From Octopus sinensis (taxonomy: Eukaryota): a stretch of DNA of 64,000 nucleotides. A program made the position numbers and the translations under genes. Below, piece by piece: positions 48,727-61,715 of this stretch (positions within the stretch are counted from its first letter, which is position 1; each line of letters begins with the position of its first letter). Under the pieces are notes generated by a model, which saw only the letters and a program-made list of their open reading frames with translations, was not told where the DNA came from and searched no databases. Location of the stretch: the NCBI RefSeq assembly GCF_006345805.1, contig NC_043001.1:22816001-22880000 (forward strand), given 5' to 3'.

Positions 48727-49230
48727 GGCAGCGAACTAGCAGAATCGTTAGCACGCTGGGCGAAATACTTAGCAGTCCTGAGTTCAAATTCCGCCGAGGT
48801 CGACTTTGCCTTTCATCCTTTCGGAGTCGATTAAATAAGTACCAGTTACGCACTGGAGTCGATGTAATGGACTTAATCCGCCTGTCTGTCCTTGTTTGTC
48901 CTCTCTGTGTTTTAGCCCCTTGTGGGTAGTAAAGAAATAGGCACTTTGTTCGTCTTTGTTCTGAGTTCAAGTTTCACCAAGGTCGACTTTGCTTTCAGGA
49001 TCGATAAAATAGGTACCAGTTTAGCACTGTGGTCGATGTAATCGACTTTTGCCCTCCCCTATTACTGGCCTTGTGTCAAAACTTGAAACCAATATCAGGT
49101 GACTAAGGCAGTGAGCTGACAGAATCGTTACCGCGTCGGTCAAAATGTTTAGCTGCATCTTTTCCGACTCTGTGTTCTGAGTTCGAAATTGGCCGAGGCT
49201 GACTTTTACTTCTTATCCTTCCTGGGTCGT
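48727..49230 (+). mobile_element. Cluster of nested and tandem SINE A copies
   Basis: Three heads/cores; junction aaagaaata|ggcacttt near 48940. Confidence 0.8.
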
Positions 49231-49244
49231 TAAAATTCTTTCCA

Positions 49245-49600
49245 CTATTCTTTTATTCTTTTACTTGTTTCAATCATTTGACTGCGGCCACGCTGGAGCA
49301 CCGTCTTTAGTCGTCCCGAGGACTTATTCTTTGTAAGCTTAATACTTATTCTATCAGCTCTATACCGAACTGCTAAGTTACGGGGACGTAAACACACCAA
49401 CACTAGTTGTCTAGCGATGGTGGGGACAAACAAATACACACACACGCACATATATGACGGGCTTCTTTTAGTTTCCATCTCACAAGGTTTTGGTCGGCTC
49501 GAGGCTATAGTAGAAGACACTTGCCCAAGGTGCCACGCTGTGGGACTGAACCCGGAACCATGTGGTTGGGAAGCAAGCTTCTTACCACATAGCCACTATA
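49245..49600 (-). mobile_element. SINE family B
   Basis: Reverse complement of the consensus with internal deletions. Confidence 0.82.
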
Positions 49601-49794
49601 GGCACAATCCCTGAAATGGAAAAGTTATTAGAAAACTGGATAGAATGCTTTGAGTTCAAATCACAGCGAGGACAACGTTATCTTTTATTCCTCCGAAGCC
49701 GGCAAAATAAAATACCAGCATAGTACTGGGGTCGCTGTAATCGATTAGTCTCTTCCTTAAGACTGATAGCCTTTTGCTTCAATTGTTGTTTGTT

Positions 49795-50080
49795 CCTTCT
49801 CGAGCACGCCTGGCTCATTAGGGCCGGTTTCCCGGTTTCCTTTGCGCATAGGTTCCCCACCTGGACGGGACGCCGGTCCGTCGCAGGTGAGCTACAGGAG
49901 GAAAGAGTGAGAGAAAGTTGTGGCGAAAGAGTCAGCAGAAGTTCACCATTACCTTCTGCCGGAGTCGCGTGGAGCTTAGGTGTTTCGCTCATAAACACAC
50001 ACATCACCCGGTGTGAGATTCGAACCCGCGATCCCTCGACCGCGAGTCCGCTGCTCTAACCACTAGGCCATGTGCCTGCA
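49795..50080 (-). mobile_element. SINE family C, tail type 1
   Basis: Homologous to 40325-40612. Confidence 0.8.
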
Positions 50081-51253
50081 CTTTTGCTTGAATTAGGAAT
50101 CATTATTTCTTTTAACATTGAGTTGACAAATTAGTCGAGTTTCAACCCAACCGATGAAATCTTCCTTGTCCTTCTTTATGGCTCGATAAATAAAGTACCA
50201 ATCAAGTACCAAGGTCGATTCTTTCCTCTCCCTCTTTGTCGTTTTTTCTTACTCTTTCTTTCTTTCTTTTATAACTAACTAAGCGAATTCTGAGTGTAAA
50301 AAAACCCAAAAGAACATTCGTATGAAGGCAAGAGAAAGTTATCTTTGTATTGTTCCAAAGAAAAAATCCACGGTAAGTGCATAACACTTGTCAAAGAGAT
50401 TACTACGGGGCTTTCGACTTGCTGACGGTGCACTGTCCCTCTCTTTTCTTCTAAGACACTTCTCTGTCCAGTACTGTTGGAGTTAGAATGACTTCAGTTT
50501 TGAAGATGTCTAAACCACCACACTGTTTTTCATATTTAATGCTATTTTCGTTCACATTTAACATAGTTTCTCGAAAATTCATCCCAGTATAATTTGATGA
50601 GAGAGTAGAGGGGGGAGGTAGAGAGAGATTGAGAGGAGGATGGGCAGGCAACGAATAAAAATTATGTAAATATTTACATTTCAGTTTGTACACATATAAA
50701 CAGACGTGTGTATCAATATTATATACTTTCGGGCATAGCGATAAATATTGCTGATCGTGTGAATGCGTGTATGTGTGTATGTATGTGTGCGTGTGTGTGT
50801 GTCTCTGTGTGTGCGTGTGCGTGTGCGTGCGTACATGTGTATATGCGTAAATGTGTAGGCAAGTGCTTATATTAAGAAAAGTAAATTACATTATTCCTAG
50901 TATCAACAGCAATGCCTAAAATATTTCCAAAACACGTCTGCTTCTGTGAAATAAATATACGGTTGTTAATAAGGGCAAGGTTCCAGAAGTTGGCACTTAA
51001 TACATTCTGTATTTCTGTCTATCTTTTTGTGTTAGCGTTATTTCCTTAGCGTTTTTTCTTCTTTCTTTTTGCGTTAATGTCCAACATTATTTCCTAGATA
51101 CAAATATTTGAAATTGGATCGGTAACACGGAAGTAGATTTTGATGTTTCTTTAAATGGAATCTCCAATAGCCTTGGCTGATAACAATGTTTTTTCATATC
51201 ATACATACAAGAAATAAGGTATGCTGCAATATTGTAAAACAACGAAAATACAT

Positions 51254-51322
<69 letters not shown>

Positions 51323-51885
51323 AAACAAATAACATTATTCGACTCCAAGGAAAAGAATAACGTAATTTGTATGGTTTTAATTGGCCCAATTCCATGTTCG
51401 CTTTGATTCCAGAAGGCGAAGGATTGAATAACAAGGCCAAATAATTCTATTTGTTTGCCTAAGCTAATTTTCATAGAAAGTTCTATTCGGGACGCGTGAG
51501 ATAAGTGCTTGGTGCTGTATATTAAACATATGTATGCTTACATTAACACTGTTATACATACATACATACATACATACATACATACATACATACATGCACA
51601 TGGATATGCATGCATATATGTTGTATTTATATGTATACAGATATATCTATATATATGTTCGTATATGTATATAGGTACATTTATATATGTATACATACAT
51701 ACGTTAATATATATATATAATATAATAATGTATATAGGTACATATATATATTTACATACATACGTTATATATATATATCTATATACTATATATATAATAT
51801 ATATATATATATATAATATATATATATATCTATATATATAACGTATGTATGTAAATATATATGTACCTATATACATATATTATAT

Positions 51886-51927
<42 letters not shown>

Positions 51928-54900
51928 CGAGAAAGAAGCAACAAGAATGGATAGGTTTTTTAGTACAATCGTTTCATACAAGGACAGGCTTTATTAAAAG
52001 TTGCAAAAATTGCAGCATATAAACGTGTCCCGTACTCATCAGCTAAAATACATGTGAGTTCTCTAGACATCCTAGTGGTTGAGGCTATACTCATGAAGTG
52101 ATGTAGATAATTAAGTAACATAAACAGATTTCCAAAGTTCATTAAAGTCTAAAGATGATGTACAGTCTTATCACAGAATTTTTAAAAAAGTTTTAATAGC
52201 ATCACAGAGAAGGTGACCTAATCCATAGTGCACATATGAATTTCCAGAGATATGAGGAGGGATTACATACTCACAGACGACAAATTATCCATTGTTAATC
52301 ACAACGAGGTGGGTCTCAATTCCTGCTATTAGCATTACAGAGAGGGTGAATTAATCCTTTGTATAGATGCACAATTTCCAATGGTGTAGATGTAAATTTC
52401 CAGAGAAATGAAGAGGAATTTCATATTCACAGGCGATAAATTTATCAATGGTTGAACACAATGAGGTAGGTATCAATTCTTGTTATATGATTAGGTATTT
52501 GCCACATTAATCACATTACTGCTATTTACAAGAGGCTGTAGCTATTTAACTTTTAAAGGCTGAAGGGCTTTCTAGAGAGTCAAAGAACAGAAAAAGGGGA
52601 AGGGAAGAGAAAGAAAATAGAGAAAATAAAGGAGGAGGGAGCAAAAAGGGGGGGGGACTAAAAAAAGAGAAGAGAAAAGGAAAAGAGAATAAGAAGAAGA
52701 AAAAGAAAAAAGAGAAAAGAGAAAGAAATAGGGAAAGAAGGGAAAAAAAGAAAAAGAAAAAAGAGGGTTCTAGTTATACAGAAGAATTAGTAGACGGCAA
52801 GTCTGGTTTTAATTTACAGGCATCTAGGAACTAGAGGAGAATATTATTCTTTGACCAGTAAAACAGCTAATTTATTGCTGTTGAAATCAGCTATGAATTT
52901 AAAGAGACTCTAAAGAGGTAACACGGTCAGGGGTTTAGGGGTCAGAGGCTAAAATCAAAAGAAAATACATTAGGAAAATCTAAGTATAATCTTATCAAAA
53001 AGTCATTAAATTTATTTATTTAATTTATTCATTTTATTGTCTTAAGGAGTTGCCGTTATTATTCATACATTGACGGATTACAGGTCAAATCTTAGAAGAT
53101 CATTTACAAGGTGTTAGGGAATTGTCTATCATAATGAAGATAATCCTATTATCACCGAGGGAGTAGCCTTATTTATTTAATTTTGAAATAGAATTATGGG
53201 GCTTTAGTAACTCATTTTATTTTATTAAAGTTATGCTACTTAAATTAGATTAAGTTAAGAATTAAAATTAAAAATTACAATTAAGATTTAAAATTATGAG
53301 TTTGAAATTAAATAAAGCCTCAATTAAGCAGTGTATAAGTACTATTCATTTCCCTGTTCTCAAAAAACTGATGCAGATATAAGGAAAAAGATAACTGTAG
53401 TGTGAGAACTCTTAGTTATCTACTTAAAGCAGTGCTATACTAGTAAAAATCAAGTTATATCTATCTATCTATCTAGTTACGAATATTCTAATCATTTAAA
53501 ATATTTTAAAGTCTTCAATTTAGCGTGGACACAAACTTGACCTAGTTCAATATGGTTATTCAATAAGTTTCTATGTTTTCTATGCTTTAGAATTTCATAC
53601 GTCTCCATGGAGCATAGTTGGCAACCAACCCTACTATTTCTATACGGAATTGCTCTCCTAACTATTTCCCAATTAAGGTTATAATTATTATTATTATTTT
53701 TGAGTTCCCAGATTTTGTTTGAAAGTGTGGTGGTACCAGCTTTATGACGTAATTTAAAAGACGAGATGTGATTTCTAACTCTGGCTAGAAAATTATTGTA
53801 CATCCAATGTAAAAATATTTTGTTATTTTCCCCGCATAGACCAGGTGCCGGGCATTTTGATTTTATTCTACACCTACACACAGGAGGAACAACTTCAGGT
53901 TTTGGATTATTCTTGGTAGATGTCTTAGGTTCCTATTATTTTGATTATCATGAGTATAATTGTCCTTAGTTATTAATATTTCTATAGTTGGTGCTGATCT
54001 CTAAAGTATTGCTATTATTTATTGATCCTTCTTTTCATCATCATTAGGTCTAAAGTCCTACCATGATTTCTTATATTATTGGTAATGTTACTATTATTGT
54101 TAGTCTTTTTATCCGACTGTATATTGTTGTTATAGATATCACTGATATTTTCCTTCTCCTTATTTTCTCCATTAGCCTTATTTCTATTATTTCTATTATT
54201 AACATTATTACTTCTATTAATATCGGCATTGTTATTATTACTATTAATGTTAATGTTATTAGTCATTCTGTGGTTACTAATTTCACCTATGTTTTGATAG
54301 TTACTATTGTTGTTTTTATTGTTGGTAGTATTATTATAATTGCTATTGGTATTCATGCTGATATTATTATTTTTATTTCTATCTTTCCTGGCTAGTTTAA
54401 TGTTGTTATATTAATCTTAGCTATTAAAGTGGACATATTTGGGAGGGTTGAATAAGAAATCCTAACTGTTTTCCTAGAAATAATTCTATGATATCTATGA
54501 GAGATAGGGAAATTTTTTTCCAGAATTACTTTGAATTTGTTCTGTATATCCGATTGTATCGCACAGTTGAAAGGAATATTCAGCCATAATATATCTTTTT
54601 TATTAAATTTAGGGTTCGTAGAATTATTACTATTCATCTCACCGGAGTTATTGTATTTATTACCATTATTTTAATTTTTATTTGTGTGCATCTTAGGTTT
54701 ATCTACTTCGATATTATCCGAGTTACTTATGTTCTGATCAATGCTTCTATTTGAATTGTTGGGCTGTACGTTAGATTAGCGTTTACCGTTAATTTAATTC
54801 TACTTTTATTTCGGGCTTGGTCTGTATTGCTGCTTACGTGATTACTGATAACTTCTTTATTAGGAATACGTGAGTTCTCCTTATCAACGAATGTAATCTT

Positions 54901-55867
54901 TTGTTGTATCCAGCCTTAGTTAACGCCGCATTATAATGCTCAGAATGGGAGTTAAATATATCCTTATTGGATGATAATTTTGAAATTCTTAATGAAATAT
55001 TTCTTCCTAAAGATTCAATTATATTTGGGGGATGATTTGATAATTTATTTACGTAATTCGTGATTTCGCCTTCCTTTCTAAATGGGTAATGCAGCTTGGA
55101 GTTAAGGTCTAGCGTAATATCTAGGAAGTTATATTTTAGTGCCCGGTTCATACGTTATACTGAGGTTGAAATCCTTAAAGAACTTATTAATTTTCTTTCT
55201 AATCCTTTCTATAACAGATTTATTATTACTAGGGATAACAAACAGAGCATCATCCCTATATAGCCCCCCCCTGTATTTCTGGGATTCCTTGCTTATGCAT
55301 TTTAATAGATATGCGCCTACTAGGTTGTTTACCTCAGCCGAATCACTGGAACCCATAGGTATATCAAAATAATTAGGTGTATCTGCTCTAGTCCATAATT
55401 TATCTTCTTCAAATTCTATAAATGTCTTCCTACTAGTAGCACAATATTGATTTCTTCTCTAGATATGAGGGAGCGATTCATGGCAAATATTAGTGATTTG
55501 TTGAGTAAGATAGGGGAAATACTAGAGTAATAACTATTAATATCGAACTGAATAAAGGACAGACTACTAGTATTAGTTAGAGAGTTAAACCATTTTAGAA
55601 CTTCTTCCGTACTTAGCCATAGGTTTAAGGGGAGAAGAGGGGTTATTTGGGGTAGAACAGTATCCAGGATAGATTTACTAAGTCGGCCAATGTCCGACTT
55701 AGTTGGACAGATCAGCCTTATCGAAGGGTTTTCCAGGAAATTCTTTTTGTGGTCTTTAATTTGATCCTGGGCTCACACGGTTTAATGGCTCTGTTCTATC
55801 CGTTAAATTTAGTTTCTCCATGATCTCTTTCATTTCCAGTTTACTTTTTTCAAATTGTTCTTAGTCG
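51928..55867 (-). mobile_element. Second copy of the Neptune-type PLE, 5'-truncated in RT, (TA)n on both sides
   Basis: Near-identical to 17231-20975 and extends ~240 bp further 5'; same RT and GIY-YIG motifs; stop at 53492. Confidence 0.9.
51958..52048 (-). ncRNA. Type I hammerhead ribozyme at the PLE 3' terminus (copy 2)
   Basis: Same motif as 17261-17351. Confidence 0.85.
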
Positions 55868-57207
55868 TATATATATATATATATAGATATATATATATTA
55901 TTATATATATATATTATATATATATAATATATATATATATGTATATAGGTACATATATATATATATACATACATACGTTTTATATATATATATATAATGT
56001 AGGTAGGTAAATAAATGGATACCTCGTTCGTTTGATAAGCAAGATGTATGAGCCATATGTGTCTGTTTAATGTTTTGAAATAGTGTTTTTGGTGCAGACA
56101 TACAAAACGAGCGTGATAAAAAATAGCAATAAAGAACCTATATCTCTTTTTAGTTATGCTTTTAATGTCTTTACTTCTATATTTTAAACCTTTTAACAAT
56201 GTCGTTGTTACACTAGCAGTTTACAAAATAAGTTTTAAAACGGTTTTATCTTGAGCTTCCGTATGCACGTATCACATCTTTGTTATATTGAGTCTCCGTA
56301 TGCGTTTATCTCAAACCTTTTTTTATCTTCAGACTCCATATGCGGATATCAAACACATTTGTTATGCCGAGGCTCCGAATGCATATATCATACACTTTTT
56401 TTTCTTTATTCTAGATTTCATCTTACAACCGAGATTCGATTGTGAAACATTTCCCTTGTTATTCTGATGCTGAAAGGAAAGTGATCATGTTTAAGGAACC
56501 TATACGAGGCTTTCTTCGAACTACAATATATAGATAAATGAGGACTGAACGGTGTCTGTGTTTTCAGTTTATTAACCGAAGTTTATTAACTTTTGTACCG
56601 AAACGTAGTGGATAAAGGGAAAAGCCATTAAAATCTACTCTAGAACTAAAAAGGTAAATATGTACATCGCAAATCGACTCCCCTGTAAAGTATATTTTGA
56701 AGTTGATAAGAAGGGGTCACTTGGTATCTAGAAAAATTTATCTGATAAGAATATTTTATATAAGATTACAATGTAAACATTTAACATATGTCAAAAATAT
56801 CATAGTAAAATATTTACAACTATGCTACCATATGCTGTCTACATAACTTAATAATAAAAATTATGGCAGGTGTTTTTTTTTTCTTTGCGGTAAAGGCTCA
56901 AAAAAAGAAGTAATAAACGATAACGAAAATTCTCAAAATTTGTTTTTTCAGGATGTTGTGCTTTAGGAATCGTATCCTGTAGTATATTCTAACACTTAAA
57001 TAAAATAGTAAAATAGAGAGATTTGTATATACGTCATGATCAGAATAATCGGAAGAAAAATATCTAATAAGCGTAGGTATGGCTGTGTGGTTAAGACACT
57101 TGCTTTGAAACTACATGGTTTCGGATTCAGACCTTTTACGCTGCACCTTAGATAAAGTCTTCTAGGGTAGACATGAATGAATTTAGTTATATATATATAT
57201 AGATTAT

Positions 57208-57855
57208 CTTCTCCCTCTTCCCGTCGATGACGACCCTTGCCCTCACCAGACGATGATCGCTGTCGGTGTTGAATGGCATCACGACGGAGACGTCATGTAA
57301 TATGCGTCGCTTATCAACCAGGATGTAGTCGATCTCGCTTCGGTGCTTAGAGTTCGGCGATATCCAGGTCCACCTCTTCCTCTCCCTCTTCCGGAATAGG
57401 CTGTTTCTAATGTAGAGCCGCCTCGCCTCTGCCATGGTAGTGAAACATGGGCTACCACAAAGAGAGAAGAGCAGAGACTGGTAACGGCTCAAAGAGCCAT
57501 GGAAAGGTCAATGCTTGGTATCTCGTTGAGAGAGCACATCAGTAGCGAGATCATCAGAAAGAAGTCCGGCGTGAGGGATGTCATCGCAGAGTATACACGC
57601 AGCAAGTTTAGATGGGCTGGACACGTCGCCCGGCTCACCGATAATCGGTGGACCCGCGCAGTTGTCGAGTGGTACCCGCGCGAGCGGAAACGACCACCCG
57701 GAAGGCCTCCACGACGGTGGAGTTACGATTTCAGGATGACGATTGGGATAATGTGGATGAGAAAGGCGCAATGCAGAGAGGAGTGGACAGCGTGCTGTGA
57801 CCAGCGGTGTCAAATGGACGCCCGACGGACTGGTCGGTCAAGGAGATCAAGGTGA
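57208..57855. mobile_element. RTE-clade LINE insertion with 5' inversion and large internal deletion
   Basis: Minus 57208-~57440 is the AP-endonuclease C-terminus (WTWISPN..EIDYILV..SDHRLV). Plus ~57434-57855 is the post-RT region (GSETW..QRAMERSMLG..WAGHVAR..RPPGRPPRRW). 16-bp TSD tatatatatagattat at 57192-57207 and 57856-57871. Confidence 0.9.
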
Positions 57856-58308
57856 TATATATATAGATTATACAATTTTATGTAGAGATTGTTAACTATA
57901 ACAATGCTCAGAAACAGGCTAGAATCAAAATACTCAAATTGAGCTAAGTTCCAACTATTTTGCCTGCGTATTTATATATATGAGCATTTTTAAATACCTA
58001 CGAGTTTTTATCTTATATCAAATCGACGTTTTTTATATCTATTTTTGTTTATATCTCTTTATGTATCTATTTATGTATTTATATATTTTTAAAATGCCTA
58101 TGTATTTTTAAATATTTTTAAATATTTGCGTATTTTTAAATATTAAATATTTGTATGTCTATATACTTGTATTTTTTTAATACTGTATTATCTGCAACTT
58201 TATATTGATTTATTAATGTCCAAGAAAGCACACATATATATTGAATATTCTATTGGATCATGTTCCTATAGTATTCTGTTGGTATTGCCTCCATTCAAAT
58301 TATATATA

Positions 58309-58612
58309 TCACGTGATCACGTGACCGACCAGACCATCAGATGTTGTTACACATCGCTGGTCACAATGCGTTCGCATTGTTTTAGCCTTCGAATGACGCC
58401 ACCCCGCTGGCTAAGCGAGTAGGTCAACAGAAGAATGAGTGGGAGAAAGAGTGGTGAAAGAGTACAGCAGGGATCACCACCCCCTGCCGGAGCATCGTGG
58501 AGCTTTTAGGTGTTTTCGCTCAATAAACACTCACAACGCCCGGTCTGGGAATCGAAACCGCGATCCTGCGATCGCGAGTCCGCTGCCCTAATCACTGGGC
58601 CATTGCGCCTCC
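58309..58612 (-). mobile_element. SINE family C, tail type 2
   Basis: Same head as 40325-40612 but an unrelated tail ending tcacgtgatcacgtga. Confidence 0.8.
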
Positions 58613-58638
58613 ACACACACACACACACACACACACAC

Positions 58639-58672
<34 letters not shown>

Positions 58673-58722
58673 AACAACGGGCCTCTAAACAGTTTATATC
58701 TATATGTATTCGTGTTTGTGTG

Positions 58723-58757
<35 letters not shown>

Positions 58758-59628
58758 ACCTTTGCGTCTGTGTTTGTTCTCCTGCCGCTTAGCAACCCAT
58801 GTTGGTTTGTTCATCGTAACTCTATGGTTCGGGACAACAGATCGAGAGGGTAAGCACCAGACTCAAAAAACATATACTGGAATCAATTTGTTCATGACGG
58901 TGCTACAGCATGGCCACAGTCCAATGACTGGATCAAGTAAAAGATAACAGCGACGGGTGTCCTAAATGTTCGATGTTTGTCTGAAAAGAAACCTAATTTT
59001 TTTAAAAAGCAAATCTATTGCTCAACTGAAAATTTACTCAAACGTGACCGCAGAACGGTTCCCTACACCATTAATGCATCGCACCCTATATTGCTTCTTT
59101 TTCAGTTTAGGAACGTGTTGTGAATCACATTTTCAGGGTTAATACGTAGTTCTCAGAATGTTTTCTTCGATATCTTCGATAGAATAAGTACCAGGGTTAA
59201 AAAAAAAAAAGAACTGGGATCCATTCATTCGTCTACAAATTCGTCAAGGCGGTGCCCCAGCATGGCCGCAGTCTAATGGCTGAAACGAGTAAAAAAATAT
59301 GTATAGGCCTTGTCAGTGTTCTTTTGAAGTAAAATCTGTTGATATAGTTTAGTGTAACACTCATTGCTTACAGTACTAGCGTATATTTATTACTTGTTTG
59401 CATTCATTTCATATTTGCGGACCGAAGAGTTAAGTAACACTCTTGATGTCGACATTTCAGTCGGAATCATAAATCTCTAATTTAGCAGCTTAACGTTACT
59501 GGTATTGTTGCAGGTATTTTCACGAACAACAAAAAAAAAAAAGAAAAGAAAAATAAGTCGAACGCCATTTTGTCCTTTACCCATATTGTTTATATGTTGC
59601 TATTTTAATTTTTTTTTTAGGGTGTTTC

Positions 59629-59840
59629 AGGTGGCGAGCTGGCAGAATCGTCAGTACGCGTAAAATGCGTAGCGGCATTTCGCCTATCTTTATGTCCTGA
59701 ATTCAAATTCCACCGAGGTCGACTTGGCTTTTCATTCTTTCGCGGTCGATAAATGATTACCAGTTGAGTACAGGAGTCAGTGTAATCGACTTATTCCTTC
59801 CCCTAAAATCGCTAGTCTTGTGTCAAAATTTGAGACCAAT
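59629..59840 (+). mobile_element. SINE family A
   Basis: Head and core. Confidence 0.8.
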
Positions 59841-59859
59841 GTGTTACTATTTTTTCTTA

Positions 59860-61453
59860 GCATCAAAAGGTCCCCAGACTAATTCTGTAACGCGCCAACG
59901 GTTGCGTGCGCAGTGAGAACTAGCAATGACCTTCATGAGGCAGTGACATCACTGTGTTTACTTTGAAAATTGTGAAATTTGTGTTTTTATGCTCACGTGT
60001 ATGCTGTAGTCTGCAATTTTGTCATGTCAGAGACATTGAGAATGCTTCGGCAAGCCTACGGCGATTGGGTCGTACGCGATGTTTCGAGTGGCACGAGTGC
60101 TTCAAAAGTGGAAGAACGTCCCTGGAAGACAACGAGAGATCTTGAAGAACTGCCACTAGTGTCACCCCAGAAATATGGAGAAATGCGGCGAGCTACAGAA
60201 TCGTTAGCACGCCGGGCGAAATGCTTAGCAGTATTTCGTCTGTCGCTACGTTCTGAGTTCAAATTCCGCCGAGGTCGACTTTGCCTTTCATCTTTTCGGG
60301 GTCGATTAAATAAGAACCAGTCACACACTGGAGTCGATATAATCAACTTAATCCGTTTGTCTGTCCTTGTTTGTCCCTCTATGTTTAGCCCCTTGTGGGT
60401 ACTAAAGAAATAGGTATTTTGTCAGCCGTTGCGTTCTAAGTTCAAATTCTGCCGAGGTTGACTTTGCCTTTCATCCTTTCGGGGTCGATAAATAAGTACC
60501 AGTTACGCACTGGTGTCGATGTAATTGACTTAATCCCTTTGTCTGTTCCTGTTTGTCCATTCTATGTTCAGTCCCTTGTGGGCAATAAAGAAATAGGAAA
60601 TGTGGAGAAAATGCATCAGCTTGTGTATGAGGATCGTCGGGGACAATCAACAACAATGCTGATGTTTTTGTCTGTCGTTATGGATCCGTACAGGCAATCC
60701 TAACGCCTGAATTGAACATGCGGCATGTCTCTGTCAAGTTTGTCTCCTGCCTGCTGACCACAGAGCAGAAAACACATAGCGTGATATCTGTCAAGATCTC
60801 CGCCAGTGTGCCATTTATGATCCATCATTCATGTGACGAGAGTTGGGCCTACGAGTACTACCCTGAGACGAAGCAGCAGTCGTCACAATGGAAAGGACCT
60901 TCATCTCCGCGACCGAAGAAGGTACGGCAGAGCCGCAGCTCGATCAGGAGCATGGTCATTGTTTCTTTCGACATCCACGGTATTGGGTATCGAGATTTCG
61001 TCCCCCAGGGCCAGACCGTTAATTGGGAGTTCTACTGCAACACGCTGAAGTGTTTGAGGGAGGACATTCGGTGAAAGCGACCGGATCTGTGGAGCACGAA
61101 GAATTGGATCCATCACGATGATAATGCACCATGTCACCGGGCTCCCCTCACTCGTAAGTTTCTCACCCATAATAACATGGTGTCGCTTCCGCACCCACTC
61201 TGTTCGCTAGATTTAGAACCTGCGGACTTCGATCTCTTCCCCAAGATAAAAATGCAGCTCGGAGGTCGTCGTTTTAACACCGTTGTCGAGATCCGAGCAA
61301 ATCGTAGAAGGACGGATTCCAAAAGTGGTAGGAACGCTGGGACAGGTGTATTGCTGCGCAAGATGACTATTTCGAAGGATATGATGTTGAAACTTAGGTA
61401 AATAAGTTAATTTTTTTTATTAAACATAACTTGTGCGGAAACTTTTTGATACC
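59860..61453 (+). mobile_element. Decayed mariner (DD34D) interrupted by a SINE A dimer
   Basis: FEWHECFKSGRTSLEDNERS, VSVKFV..LLTTEQK, DESWAYEYYPETKQQS, HHDDNAPCH, HPLCSLDLEPADFDLFPK; degenerate TIRs catcaaaagg.. / ..actttttgatac. Confidence 0.85.
60186..60595 (+). mobile_element. SINE A short-tail dimer inserted in the mariner
   Basis: Approximate TSD gaaatatggagaaatg / gaaatgtggagaaaatg; internal junction aaagaaata|ggtatttt. Confidence 0.88.
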
Positions 61454-61715
61454 ATGTCAGCGCCTTATATGCTGAGCTGGCTTCAATAAAAAGCACGTCA
61501 GACAAAATGCTTAGCGGCATTTCTTGTGGTTCTTTATATTCTGAGTTTAAATCCCGCTGAGGTCAACTTTGCCTTTCAGTCCTTCGTAGTCGATAAAATA
61601 CCGTACCGGTCAAGAACTGGGGTCGATGTAATCAGCCTGTTCCCTCCCTTCAAAATTGCAGGCCTTTAACTCTTCAATCGACTTGCGCCCCGTTTATGGG
61701 GAATGTTATGATTTT

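Noticed and set aside
58953-59170. Possible Tc1/mariner terminal fragment
   Set aside because: Only a cgggtgtcc-like end and a faint C-terminal resemblance; no partner TIR.
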